A stretch of DNA of 64,000 nt from Takakia lepidozioides (Eukaryota; Plantae; Bryophyta). A program made the position numbers and the translations under genes. The DNA lies in assembly GCA_030704615.1 (NCBI GenBank), contig CM060733.1, forward strand, positions 76,074,001-76,138,000. Reading direction: 5' to 3'. The notes beneath the pieces were generated by a model. That model was not told the DNA's origin. It made no database searches and saw only the letters and a program-made list of their open reading frames with translations. Shown piece after piece: positions 49,946-62,796 of the stretch. Every line of letters begins with the position of its first letter. Position 1 is the stretch's first letter.

Positions 49946-51376
49946 ATGTTTTGAGAACTTTGTGGGTATGTTCGGAGAAAGATCATAGATTTTGCGAAAT
50001 GATTATGAAATACGCAGGGTCTAAGCGAAATTTAATGTTTGGAAGACGACCGTTCGTAACTCGTTATAACTTATTGGTTTACATCAATTTTCCTTGTTCT
50101 CCAGCTTTCGGAGTTCATTGCAAATACCCACATACACGTCATGACCAAATATGACACGATTGTAAATTTGTTTACAGGGTAAACCACTTCTTCCCTAGCA
50201 CACGAGTGTAAATGTGAAGAAAACGCTGCTCATGCAATTGAAATTGGCAGGTGCCGTACATGTGCATTGTGTATTAACAAAATTGGTGATATACAAAAAT
50301 GACGGAATGCTATTACTGTGTTTTCCAACAATATTCAAGGTACAACAAAAATGCACATTGTATATGTACTACGCTGCCAGTCGTTACAAGCCTAGTCGTC
50401 ACTGTCTGAGGACAAGGAATTTGATGCTGTGGCCTGATTTGCACTGTCAATTGCCAGAGCTTGCGACCGTGATCTCGTGGTCAATGAGGGGCCCAATGGC
50501 ATGTGATCAATTCTGGCCTGCATCCGCCTACTTTGCGGCGAAAGTTGACTTTCTTCTTTACTCTCACGATGTGACGGAGGTGGATCGAGAACAAGTGCTC
50601 GGGCTGCATGCAAATCGGCAACGAGGGGCAATAGAGCCCCCGAAACACGATGATAACGATCTGTCCATAGTCGCCTCCATTTCTCTACAACTGCCTTGAT
50701 GGTACTTTTGAAACTTTCCAACTGCCTCTCGCGGGCCCTGTCCCTAATCATTATGTCGTTTCGACGATATGTCGTTTCGACGATAAGTCGTCTCGTACGC
50801 CTCATTCATTCGGCGTTGACATATTATAGCATCTTCCAGTTCGGACAGCAACAAATGTCTCCCAATCGGTTGTAGGTCATACAATTCGTTCTCCTCTGGC
50901 ACCCATAGAACCTGTGGGAGCCGAATAAACCTGGACCTTCTTTGACTCCAATGCCCTCCGAGATTGCGGCAAAACTGCTCTCTCTCCCACCAATCTCGAA
51001 TGTCTCCCGCCAGATTGTAAGCGTGAGCAGATTATTGATGCGGACCCTAAAAGCGAGGGAACAAGTGGGCCTATTGCCGTGGACACAAACTCCACTACAA
51101 CGGCGCAATCTTCTCTCCATCGGACCGAAGACAGATAGAGTCCATGACGACAATGTGGCACAAATGTGCGATGAAAAACTGTCGGATGAATGTATCTATG
51201 ATGAACGTAAAAGGGAATGGATGAACATTGGATGAATGTTGGATGAGTGTCGGATGAAAAATTGCCCAGATGAGTGAACCATAGATGACTGCAACAATAT
51301 GTGCGCAGGGATCCACGTGTTGTTGAGTTTAAATAAGTGTATTTTAATTTGGCAGAAGCTTAAATATTCCGGCCCA

Positions 51377-52976
51377 GAAGACCAGCCAGATCAAGCTGGC
51401 GTCAACGCCACCTTCATCTAGCACCTTCAGAGGGGACAAAACTATATATATATTTATATTTTATATTTTATATTTTTTGTAAAACTTGCAAATGAACCCA
51501 ACCCCTGCTTTGCAAGCAAAAGACCTGGCGTTTACCCAGCATGGATTTCTGGTCACCTGGAATAAGGACATGACAACGAATCATAAGCCAAGCAATTTGT
51601 AAATGTCATTCATCCCAAATAGCACACCAGAAGACCAGCCAGATTAAGGTGTCGACGACACCTTAATCTGGTACATTCGGGGAAAATAAAATAATAATAA
51701 ATTATTATTATTATTATTATTATTTGAAAACTTGCAAATGAACCCAGCCCTTGCTTCGCAACAAAAGACCTGGCGTTTACCCATCATGGATTTTTGGTCA
51801 CCTGGAAGAATGACATAACAACGAATCATAAGCAAAGTAATTTGTAGATGCCATTCACCCCAAATAGCACACCAAAAGACCAGCCAGATTAAGATGTCGT
51901 TGACGACACCTTAATCTGGCACATTCGGGGAAAATAAATATAAATATAAATATTAAATTTTTATTTTTATTTTTATTTTTTGAAAACTTGCAAATGAACC
52001 CAGCCCTTGCTTTGCAACAAAAGACCTGGCATTTACCCAGCATGGATTTTTGGTCACCAGGAAGAAGGACATGACAACGAATCATAAGCCGAGTAATTTG
52101 TAGATGCCATTCATCCCAAATAGCACTCCAAAAGACCAGCCAGACACCTTAATCTGGCACATTCGGGGAAAATAAAATAAATATAAATATTAAAATTTTA
52201 TTTTTATTTTTATTTTTGAAAACTTGCAAATGAACCTAGCCCTTGCTTTGCAACAAAAGACCTTGCATTTACCCAACATGGATTTTTGGTCACCAGGAAG
52301 AAGGACATGACAACGAATCATAAGCCGAGTAATTTGTAGATGCCATTCATCCCAAATAGCACTCCAAAAGACCAGCCAGACACCTTAATCTGGCACATTC
52401 GGGGAAAAATAAAATAATAAAATAATAAAATAATAAAATAATAAAAATTAATAATTAATCGTTAATTGTTTTTATTTTTTTTTTTTTTTGAAAACTTGCA
52501 AATGAACCCAACCCCTGTTTTGCAAGCAAAAGACCTGGCATTTACCCAGCATGGATTTCTGGTCACATGGAAGAAGGACATGACAACGAATCATAAGTTA
52601 TATGGTCCGAGCAATCTGTAGATGTCATTCACCCCAAATAGCACACCCAAAGACCAGCCAGATTAAGGTGGCGTTGACGACACTTTTATTTGGTACATTT
52701 GGGAAAAAATAAAATAAAAAATTATATATATATATATATTGGAAAACTTGCAAATGAACCCAACCCCTGCTTTGCAAGCAAAAGACCGTTAACCGAGTAT
52801 GGATTTCTGGTCACATGGAAGAATGACATGACAACGAATCATAAGTTATGTAGTCCGAGCAATTTGTAGATGCCATTCACCCCAAATAACACACCAGAAG
52901 ACTAGCCAGAGTAAGATAGATTAAGGTGTCATTGAGGACACCTTAATCTGGCACATTCGGGGAAAAATAAAATAAA

Positions 52977-53007
<31 letters not shown>

Positions 53008-53110
53008 TTGAAAAACTTGCAAATGAACCCAACCCCTGCTTTGCAAGCAAAAGACCTGGCGTTTACCCAGCATGGATTTTTGGTCACATGGAAGAAGGAC
53101 ATGACAACAA
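51377..53110. repeat. Seven ~250-bp tandem units with variable AT-rich internal spacers
   Basis: AAGACCAGCCAGA...AAAACTTGCAAATGAACCC...CATGGATTT.TGGTCAC...ATGACAAC at about 51377, 51629, 51875, 52131, 52367, 52649 and 52897. Confidence 0.92.
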
Positions 53111-53622
53111 AGCTCTGCACAAAATCCTCTTCTTTGTTTTGGACTCCGACTCCAGTAGCAGTGGATATTCTTCGTCGGAATGAATCGGCTGTTTTCAAAC
53201 GATTCATATTAAAGCACCAAATGGCCTCTCCACCTTCTTTGCAATTGGGTGTCAGAATCTCTCTCGACTTAGGATACTGGGTGAAAGGACAACCACAACC
53301 CTCTGCAGTTGACAAAGGTTCACTCTGGAGCTCGGGGGATTTGGCAACCACTACTCAAAAATGCTTTTTAATTTTGCATTCAATCATAAACTACATTCAT
53401 CCATCATTCATCCGTCATTCATCCATAACGTTGAATTGATATGCATGTTATACTGGACACTACCCGTAGTAATAGGTCCTCTAAGCCGAATAGGTATCCG
53501 CGGTTATAGGTGAGCACATCCAAAAGCGTGAGCAGAATTCTGTTCACGGCTTAGCAATCCCCCAATACTGCGATCGGGCATCGCAAACTCCGCGTCTATG
53601 TCCATGACATTTGTTCGATCCT

Positions 53623-53987
53623 TGTCATGGTTTTAGTCATGGTTATCTAGAATTACCTACTTCTAGTTAACTAGGACATTTTAGATATCTATATTTATAT
53701 TTTGTGTGTTGGGACTTCATTTGGTCTCACATGCCAAGTGAGGTGTCGAGCCTCACTTGGGACATGGGGATAGGTTTTCCCCTTGTGAGGATGGATGAGG
53801 CTCATCTTCTTGTAGTTGAGCCTCCATGAGCCTCTCTCACCTCCATAGCTCTAGGTATTGAGAGGGAGTGTGGTGAAGGCTTTGTAGGGTGGATTCCCTT
53901 AGCAAGGGTGCCCTTGGCTTGACTTAGTTTATGTGATTGAGTGGATTCATGAGTGGAGGGTTTCTATTATGTTCACTTCCATTATCA
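53623..53987 (+). repeat. Terminal repeat A1 (365 bp, TG...CA)
   Basis: About 13 differences by eye from A2 (62895-63259). Confidence 0.95.
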
Positions 53988-53999
53988 CTACAAGAAGAT
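53987..53999 (+). promoter_or_regulatory. Self-priming primer-binding site
   Basis: ACTACAAGAAGAT is the exact reverse complement of ATCTTCTTGTAGT at 53804-53816 inside A. No TGG tRNA-type PBS is present. Confidence 0.8.
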
Positions 54000-55399
54000 C
54001 ACCTTATGCTTGTGAGTGCGGAGTGTAAAGATAGTTTTGCACTTGTGTTGGTGTACACCAAGGAGTGAGGGAGCTGGGAAAGTTCAGGTATCTCACAAGG
54101 CTTGCAAGGCGTTGCAAGGGAGAGTGGTTTGCATTGCATCAAGGAGGTGGAGAGCTCAAGGAGAGAGCTCTTGAGTTACAAGACTTTGCAAGTATTGCAG
54201 GGAAAAAGTCTTGTGTGTGTGGAAGCAAAGGTTTGAAAGTTTGAGAAGAAAGAGCGTCATCTCTTGTATCTCAAGTGTTGTGACAACCATTTGCCAAGGA
54301 AGTGGCTTCTATGGTGAAAAGAATGCATTGAGGGTTTGTAGAAGCATTATTGTGCACCAAGGGTTTGAGAGCTTGGAAAAGAGCTCTTGCATCACAAGAG
54401 AAGAGTCTTGTATGAGGAGAAGATATACACTAGGGTTTCAAGAGCAAGCTCTAGTTGTTCATGGTGTGAAAGAGAAGCCAAAGAGCGGCACATGCTTGGG
54501 CTAGAAACACCATAGAAGTAGTACAACAAGGATAGTTTGAGGAGCATTGAATAGCTCAAGAGAAGCTAAGAAGTGGTTGTTTTATCCATGGTGAAATGAA
54601 GCCAAGTGGGGTTTCATTTGGTTGACAAACGAGCAAGCTAAGGCGCTAGAAGGGAGTGCTTTTGCTAGTCTATGAGTTCTTGGATTGCTCTTGGTGAAGC
54701 AAGTGGTTGACCAAGCAAGTGGCGCATGTGTGGAGCATGCTTTCCAAGTGCGGCTTCCAACTTCAAGCTTGAGGAGAGCTAGAAGGTGAAGGGAACAAGT
54801 CATTCTTTTGTGTATGAGGTGATGCTTATGTGGAGCATGTTTTCAGCCCATTGAGGCTTCTATTTTGGAGAGCAAGAAGAAAGGAAAAGGGCTGGTTTCC
54901 ACTTAGGTGAAGGAAAAGCACTAGTAGAGCACATGTTTGAGTTGGGGTTTCAACCTTAAGCTTGAGGAGAGCACGACTCTTGAGCTAGTAAGTGAAGGGA
55001 CTTGAATCTTCCTCTTTGCATGAGATGGAGATGTATTGATGCTTGGAGAAGCAACACATAGAAGCCAAGAATGGAGCATGTATGTGGATTGCCAAAGGAG
55101 AGCACATGAATGAGTGCAAGACTTGGTTGCTTGTCAAATGAGGTAAAAAGCTTGATTCTTGAGCTCCAAAGGAAGTGAAGCTTGTTGTGTGGCAAATGCA
55201 TTGCTAGGTGAGATGGAATCAAGCTTGGTTGTGGCTTTGAGGTGAAGAAGATCAAGGTAGTTTTCCTTGGTATCTCATAGAAGTCATGGATGCTTGAGGA
55301 GAGCAAGCATGAAGCTCAAGGAAGCCCAAACCCTAGCTTGGAATGCACAAACCCTAGCATGAGATGCACATGAAACCCTAGGTGCATGGGAACAATCAC

Positions 55400-56020
55400 C
55401 AAAGTGTAGGAACAGTCATCGTAGTCTGGGAACCGTCACCGTAGTCTGGGAATGGTCACCAAGGTGTGGGAACGGTCACTATAGGGTGGGAACATAGTGA
55501 CATATAAAGACAATATAGGGCTTTTGGAGGATTTTCAAGGCCCTTTTGGAGGATTGTTTGGGGGATCTTTTGGGTCCTTTGGGGAGCTTTTGTAAGGCAC
55601 TTTGAAGAGCTCTTGAAGAGGTATTTGGACTATTTGGAGGCCTATTTGCGGTCCTTGAAGGCCAAGTTTTGGCAAGTTTTTGGAGCCTTGGAAGGCTATA
55701 TGGAGGACCATCTGGGGTCTTTGAAGGCCAAGTTTTGGCAAGTTGTTGGAGCCTTTGGAAGGCTATGTGGAGGACCATTTGGGGTCTTTGAAAGCCAAGT
55801 TTTGGCAAGTTTTTGGAGCCTTTGGAAGGCTATGTGGAGGACCATTTGGGGTCTTTGAAGGCTAATATTTGGCAAGTTTTTGGAGCCTTTGGAGGGTTGT
55901 TTGGAGGGCTGTTTGAGGTCCTTGGAGGCCGATATTTGGCAAGCTTGAGGAGTCTTTGGTGACTTGTTGAAGGACTATTTGGGGTCCTTGAGGCCCAAGA
56001 TTTGGCAGGCTCTTGGGGCC
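55400..56020 (+). repeat. Internal tandem repeats of the Gypsy leader (~20-bp units 55400-55500; ~61-bp units 55630-56020)
   Basis: GGGAAC.GTCAC repeats and GGCCAAGTTTTGGCAAGTTTTTGGAGCCTTTGGAAGGCTATGTGGAGGACCATTTGGGGTC repeats. Confidence 0.9.
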
Positions 56021-56080
56021 TTGGTGTACCAACCCACCTTAGCAAATGTGTTTTTGCTGGCAGAGCGGATATAACTCAAT

Positions 56081-56665
56081 ATGGTGGAGGAGCGAGTGGT
56101 CATGGTGGGGTTTGGCAAGGAGACACAACGAAGTGGGGCTCCTAGCCAACAACAACCACTATCCCAACGTGTTCAAAGCAACAAGGAGGCTCAGGTGAAG
56201 CCGAGGGAAGGACAGAGAGGATCTCAGATGCAGAGGTCTCTTCCTTCATTCTCAGGCCAACAACAGTCGGGTGTGACTTGTTGGGATTGTGGAGGACCCC
56301 ATGTCAAGAAGGATTGCCCGGAGAGAGGCAAAGGGTCGGCACAGACACAGCCAATACAACTACAGTGTGGGCATTGCGGAAAATATGGGCATGAGGAGGC
56401 CCATTGTTATGGCTTGCATCCTGAGCTACGGCCAGGCCAGTTCCAAGGGAACAATGGTGGCCGAGGACGAGGCAATGTAGTCCCGAGAGGTAGAGGAGGC
56501 AGAGGTCGGGGTGGAGGTCGTAACCAAAACCAAGGAGCACAGGGTCAGGGTCAAGGTCATGGCATGATGGATAGACTTGCCCAGCTAGAGCAACGTCTTG
56601 CTGCCATGGCCACTACTCATGTTGCGCCAGCTCCAAGGCTTGAGGTTCAAGCCCCACCTGCATAA
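56081..56665 (+). pseudogene. gag: Gag C-terminal/nucleocapsid region with two zinc knuckles and an RGG box
   Basis: CWDCGGPHVKKDC, CGHCGKYGHEEAHC and GRGRGG repeats; no capsid domain recognised upstream. Confidence 0.8.
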
Positions 56666-57244
56666 CCTCATATGCCTAGGGAAGACTAGATTGGTATGGG
56701 CTTCATGTGTGGAGCCACACTTGCAGGGCCATTGCATGTATTGGACTCTGCTGCTGTTGTCACTCGAGCAGCAACGCGTGCTCCTGAGCTAAGAGGAGCG
56801 GATGTGGATTTTGATCCACAAAAGGGGGAAGCGAGTTGTCAGACAAGGCTTCCACAGTCCTTTACATTGGCTGAGACAGTGCCACCTACGCCATCAATGG
56901 CACCCGCTCGCCCAAGTGTGTCAGAGGTAGAGCCACGAATACCATTGGGGAGAGTTGGTGTGGCTCGGGAAATGCCAGTGGGTGGTGCTGCAAAGCAAGG
57001 TGTAGCCAGTACATTGTTGGGGGCGACTACGGCGGTTTGCCAAGCTCCACTGGTTTTTGCAATGACCATTGCAATGCCGGGGATTCGGCCAGCTGCTGTG
57101 TTCAGACTAGTAGCTAGACTCTGTGAGAATGGTGATGCATCGGCACTATCTACGGAGATAGCAGATAAAGTGCAGTCTATGGCTGCTTTGGATTCGAGGG
57201 TGAAGTCAGCCATAGTTGTGCCATGGTAAGCAGAAGCTGCAAGG

Positions 57245-57667
57245 TTGCAGGAGTTGCCAGCTAGGCCAGCCATTGAGCGCAGCATGGTGACTCCTGGGGT
57301 AGTCCTGGTGGACAATCAGGATGGAGTGTTTCAACTAGGTGGCCCAACCGGGAGGAGGTATAGGCCACTGCGGGTCTTGTTGGACTCGGGAGCACAGCCA
57401 TTGATGTTGGGGAGAGCAGCAATTGCAGGCTTAGGCCTTACAGAGGCGGATTTGGAGCCTTGTCCTTTCCAAATTCAAACATCTTTGGGTGGTTCAGAGA
57501 AGGCGCGAGGGATTACACGCCATGAGCTCTTCATTCAATTGCAGCCGGATCATCCTATGGACAGCTCAGTCATGAAAGCTAAAGCCATTGTTACAGACGC
57601 AATGTCCTATGATGTGCTTGTTGGTGGGGCTGTGTTGTACCCTATGGGCTTTACTTTGGACTTTTAG
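57245..57667 (+). pseudogene. Retropepsin aspartic protease
   Basis: VLLDSGAQ catalytic motif and YDVLVG C-terminal motif. Confidence 0.88.
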
Positions 57668-58089
57668 GAGGAAACGGCATCCTACATGCCGGAATGGCAG
57701 TCAGGGGATGGTCGACGTGCACTGCTCCCAGTGCGGTTTATTGGAAATGTAGCGGTGGATCATAGGAACATGATGCCCACATTGGCTGCATTCTCAGGGG
57801 TGGTGGCTTGGGGTGGTGAGCTCTTGGAGGGAAATAGCCATGCAGATGATAGGCCACCACCTGATGAGGACAAACAATTAGCATATAAGGCTGATTTGCT
57901 TCCTTATGTGCCTGTTCATATTCCACTGTGGGGTACAGTTGGGAATTTGCAGCGAGTGACAAACTAGTGTGTGCAGCAAGCATGGCATGAGGCATTTCCA
58001 TCGGTAGGTGAGGGGAGTTCAGTTACATCACCTGGACCTCCTCAATTAGCTCCATTGGACACAGTGCCTATTATCTGGCAACAACCTGA

Positions 58090-59060
58090 CTCAGACATTT
58101 GTTTGCTAGACCTGTTTGGAGGCAATAGCACTGGTCTTGCAGGAGTGTTGCAAGCAGGGATCAAAGTACACAAGTACTTGTATGTAGAGAAGGATGAGAT
58201 TGCTCGGCGTGTTTCCATGCGCCATGTTGCCTTGCTCACACATCAGTATCCTGAGTTGTTGCCTCTCTCAGCAATTCAAGGGTACCAAAAGGCCTTGCCA
58301 GCAGACATTACCATGCTGGGGGCAAAGGATTTGGATCGGCATGATTCCATTGACTTGATGATAGGAGGGTGGTCTTGCCAAGGACATTCTCCCGCAGGTC
58401 ATGGTAATGGTTTGCAAGATGCACAATCGCATCTGTTTTGGGAGATGCTGCGAGTGTTGCGTGACTTGCAGGTAAGACAAGTGCAACCTCCGGCTTACAT
58501 CCTGGAGAATGTTCCTCTCATGGGGGATTCTCGGGCTAGGGTTATGGCCAGTGTACATCAGATCCGGTCATGGATTGGACCAGCTATATTGTTGGATGCA
58601 GCTGCAGTGGATTCACGGGCACATAGGCCTAGGTTGTGGTGGACCAATCTTGCACCACCAGAGTTGCTCAAGAGAGCCTATGGTTCCATTCAACGGCCAC
58701 CCAATCTCACGATTGAGGGCATTTTGGACCAAGGGAGGCAACCACAGAGGGTGCGACATGATGACCGTCCACCTCTAGCAGTGGTAAATCGAGTGGGACA
58801 GCCACGTGCAGCCTTGCCTCTGCTCATGAGCTTTTCCTCGTCTCATGCTTTTCGAGACAATGGTCCTGGGTTGATTTGGGACAGTGTGTTACAACAATTG
58901 GTGGAGCCCAATGCGGATGAGCGAGAGCGGGCAATGGGATTTGCCACAGGCACTACAGCTGTGTCACCCCTGTCAGAGGCATCACGACGCCAAGTGTTGG
59001 GTCAGGCAATGGATCTCAATTGCTTGACATGGGTCATAAGCTTGTGTATGGCGGAACAAC
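58090..59060 (+). CDS. DNMT3-like C5 cytosine methyltransferase domain within pol (ORF 57971-59419)
   Basis: Motifs in order: I LDLFGG, II YVEKD, IV IGGWSCQG, VI LENV, VIII AHRPRLWWTNL, IX ERERAMGF, X RRQVLGQAM. Confidence 0.92.
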
Positions 59061-59479
59061 GGAGATTGCAAGCATTGGTGGCTACTTCTGCTCTCCCATT
59101 GGATATTGCACCCTCTCTGCCAACCGGGACGGTGGAGACAGTGAGTGGGGGCAAACACATGATCATGGGGTGCAAACACCCATGGCAGATGTGGGATGAG
59201 ATGTGCAAAGAGAGAGTCATTGGATCTCTCAAGCAGCAGTATGAGGAGTGGGGAGAGCCATACACTGAGGATCAGTTGGAGGCCAAGGTGACTAAGGTTT
59301 TTGAAGAGGTTGAAGATGTTTCTTCCCCAGAGGATGTTCTCAAGGTGGCTATGGCGGAGCAAGTGGAGGCTACGCCACAGCCAGGATGGGCGGACAAGGC
59401 CCAAGAGGTTGCTATCTAGCAACCAAAGGATGCATCTCCTATCTCCCAAGCCTGGTGTACCCAAGGTTGCAGTCACTGA

Positions 59480-60915
59480 GGACAATTGGGAACCAGATGT
59501 TGGACCTACAGTCACCGGAGGAGAGAGACGGAGGATCCAGCGATTTCTAAGGGCTTATAGAAATTGCTTTGCCTTCGGTTTGAAGGATTTGGGGAGTTTG
59601 AAGGGTTAGGAGATTCGTATTGATTTGGCAAGTGACACGCCAATCTTTCGAAGGCCCTACCGGTATAGTGACATGGAGAGGTCATTGATCCAGTCACGGA
59701 CTATGGAGTTGTTCGAAGCTGGATTGGTGGAGTTGTCAGACGGGGAGTATGCCTCGGCAACGGTGATGCCAGCTAAAAAAGATATCTATGGCAATTGGAC
59801 AGAAAGATGTGTGGGGACTATCGTCGTGTGAACCGTCAGACTAAGTCCGATAGATATGCCATGCCAACTCCAGAGGAGATCTTTGATGCCATTGGGCATG
59901 CAAAGTTGTTTAACACATTGGACTTGTGATCCGGTTATCCACCAGTTGCCGATCAAAGAGGCTGACAAGCAAAAGACGGCATTCTGGGGGATTGACCAAC
60001 ATGGGAATGATTGCTTGTACCAATGGCGGTTCCTACCGTTTGGGTTGAAGAATGCTCTTGCAGAGTTTCAGAGGGTCATGGATAGATTCTTGCGGGGCTA
60101 GACTTCGCCCGGTGCTACATTGATGACATCATCATCTTTAGTGCTACGATCGAGGAGCACGAGAGACACATTCAGATGGTGTTTGAATGCTTGAGAGCGC
60201 ATGGGTTGAAATTGCACCCTGGGAAGTGCAAGTTTTTCCACAACCAGATTGAGTATTTGGGCCACATGATATACCCTGGAGGATTGGGTGTTCAAAAGAC
60301 GAAGGTGGAAGCCATTGCATGCATTCCACGCCCCATCGATGTTAGCAGAGTTCGTGCTTTCATGGGGTTGACAAACTACTATCGACGGTTTGTCAAGGGA
60401 TTTAGCAGCATTGCAAAGGCTCTTACCTTGAGTTGACCAAGGTGGGTCAGGAGTGGCAGTGGGAGGAGGAGCAAGAGGAAGTCTTTGAGGAACTCAAGGC
60501 TCGATTGACTTCTGCGCCTATTCTGAGGCGGCCTATTCAGGGGCGGTCTTTCCAGCTACATACAGATTGGAGTATGCTGGGGATTGGAGCAGTGCTCACA
60601 TAGGTGGATGATGAGGGAAGAGAGTTCATCATGGCATATGCTAGCCGCTCGAACAATGATGCTGAGGCAAAGTATAATTCCTATGAAGGGGAGTGTCTGG
60701 CTGCAGTATGGGCAGTGGCACATTTTAGATGCTACCTCTATGGCAATCTCTTCACTCTTGTCACGGATCACCAACCATTGAAGTGGTTGATTGAGTCAGA
60801 CAAGCTTACAGGGAAGCTTGCACGGTGAACACTTATGCTTCAAGAGTACGACTTCCAGGTGGTGCATCGAGCCGGAATAGTCAACCGGGATGCGGATGGA
60901 TTGAGTCGCAATCCA
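59480..60915 (+). pseudogene. pol: Reverse transcriptase and RNase H (frameshifts/stops)
   Basis: PIFRRPYR, YASATVMPAKKD, KTAF..PFGLKNA..FQRVMD, YIDDII (~60116), LGH, LHTDWS, AYASR, YEGECLAAVWAV, TDHQPL. Confidence 0.93.
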
Positions 60916-61270
60916 TGCACAAGTGAGCTTGATGATACAGGAGCTCGTTGGCATGGTGAGACAGACGAGGAGATGGTGCCAGGATGGCATGCATCTGCCT
61001 TTTTATGCATTCTAGCAATGGGAGCTCAAGCTGGTCCATCCCATGTGATTGGTCATAGAGATAGTGTGCATGACGATCCAGAGATCAGTGAGGAGTTTGG
61101 TGGTGCTAAGGATGTACATGAAGATGCAGCAGTGTTGGCCTACCTTTGTACTGGAGAGACAGCAGCCAGTGTGACTGCTAAGGAGAGAGATCGGATCCTA
61201 CAACGAGCCAAGAGGTTCAAGTGGGAGGGGACTCACTTACTCCGGGTATGGGAGGATGGACGAGTGAGGA

Positions 61271-62544
61271 TTGTTCCTCATCCAACACAGCGAGCGCGAT
61301 TGGTACGCCATACCCATGAGGAGTTGGGACATTTTGGGGGTGCGGCGCACTCATAGTTTGCTGCAAAGACAGTATTGGTGGCAGGGCATGCACACGGATG
61401 TGCAACAGTTAGTGGCAAGATGCATGGTGTGTGATAGAGTGCGGGCTTCTTTCAATGCACCTACTCCACAATTGCATCCTTTACCCATTATGGGTTTGGG
61501 CTATCGTTGGAGTCTTGACTTCGCACGCCCATTGCCACTGACGATTCGCCATAACAAGTATGTGCTGGTGATGGTGGAACATGGATTGAACTGGTGGCAT
61601 TGCCTGACAAGGCAAGTGAGGGGGTTGCGTATGCATTCTTAGATCGAGTGCTTAGCCAATTTGGTGCTCCAGCCGAGGTACTCACGGACCAGGGGAGAGA
61701 GTTCTTGGGGGAGTTTCAGACTTTGTGTGAGCAAGCCTTGATAGATCACCGCACTACTTCTCGGGGTCATCCCGAGGCTGATGGCTTGGCGGAGAGAGTT
61801 GTTCAGACAGTCAGAGGTTTGCGCAAGTACGGTTTGCAGAAGAGACACCTAGGAGATTGGGACCTTCAGCTGCCTTGGCTAGCTATGGGCTATAGGTTCA
61901 GCAAACAAGCTTCACTTGCCTCCTTCTCACCTTACTTTCTTCTCTTCGGCCGAGAGCCGGATTTGCCTGCATCTATTCGCAGGGAAGTTGCAGTAGTTCT
62001 CAACCTTGATGATCCGGATGTGTGGACACAAGCATGTGCCCAGCGGGTAGAGTTGTTCAAGAGAGTCATGCCTATGGCTTTTGAGAACCTTTCTATTGCC
62101 CAACACCGAGATACAGTGAGATACGCCACTATACGTGGAGGGGGATATCGGCCAGGTGTTTGGCGTTTCCATCCTGAGGACTATGTGTATCTGCAGCAGA
62201 CAACGCCTACGACCTTGGATGTCACAGCAGGTCGTGTGATTCTAAGGGTCCGGGAGGTGTTGCTTTCAGGAGTGTTGATTCTGGAGGGTCGAGATGGCAT
62301 GGTATGGAAGGACCATGTGCGCAATTGTGCGCCATGCCACCTTCCACATGTGGATGGGAGGATAGATCCCAACCTTGCAGTGGTACCTGCAGGGTTGCGT
62401 TGTATGTTATGTGGGCATGCTGGTGGTGCCGCGACCATGTTGATGTGTGACAAATGCTCAAGGGGGTGGCACATGGGATGCTTGACACCGCCACTTGAGG
62501 AGGTTCCTAGTGGAGAATGGTTGTGTCCACGATGCCTTGGATAG
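61271..62544 (+). pseudogene. DDE integrase with C-terminal PHD finger
   Basis: HEELGH..CMVC; SLDF, TDQG, GLAER; PHD CMLC..CDKC..WHMGC..WLCPRC at ~62401-62535; frameshifts. Confidence 0.93.
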
Positions 62545-62796
62545 AGGTAGTGGGGCATGACAGTGGTGAGGTTGACAATGATCCGAGGTCTAGCTAACGG
62601 GAGTTCAATGCCATGGACACCCAATTGAAGCCATGGATTGCAGGAAGGCGAGTAACGATAGGGCTACTTTTGCACCCGGCCTCTTGATCTATTGCCTTCA
62701 GATACTGGGACTTGGGGCGATTGATGACCATGCGATGATCTTATTGGGATGGATACTTGTCAGCTATCCGGTGTTAGAGGGACCTAATCACCAGCT

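Noticed and set aside
51377-53110. CRISPR-like repeat/spacer appearance
   Set aside because: The repeats are ~190 bp, the spacers are simple AT microsatellites, there are no cas genes and the context is eukaryotic.
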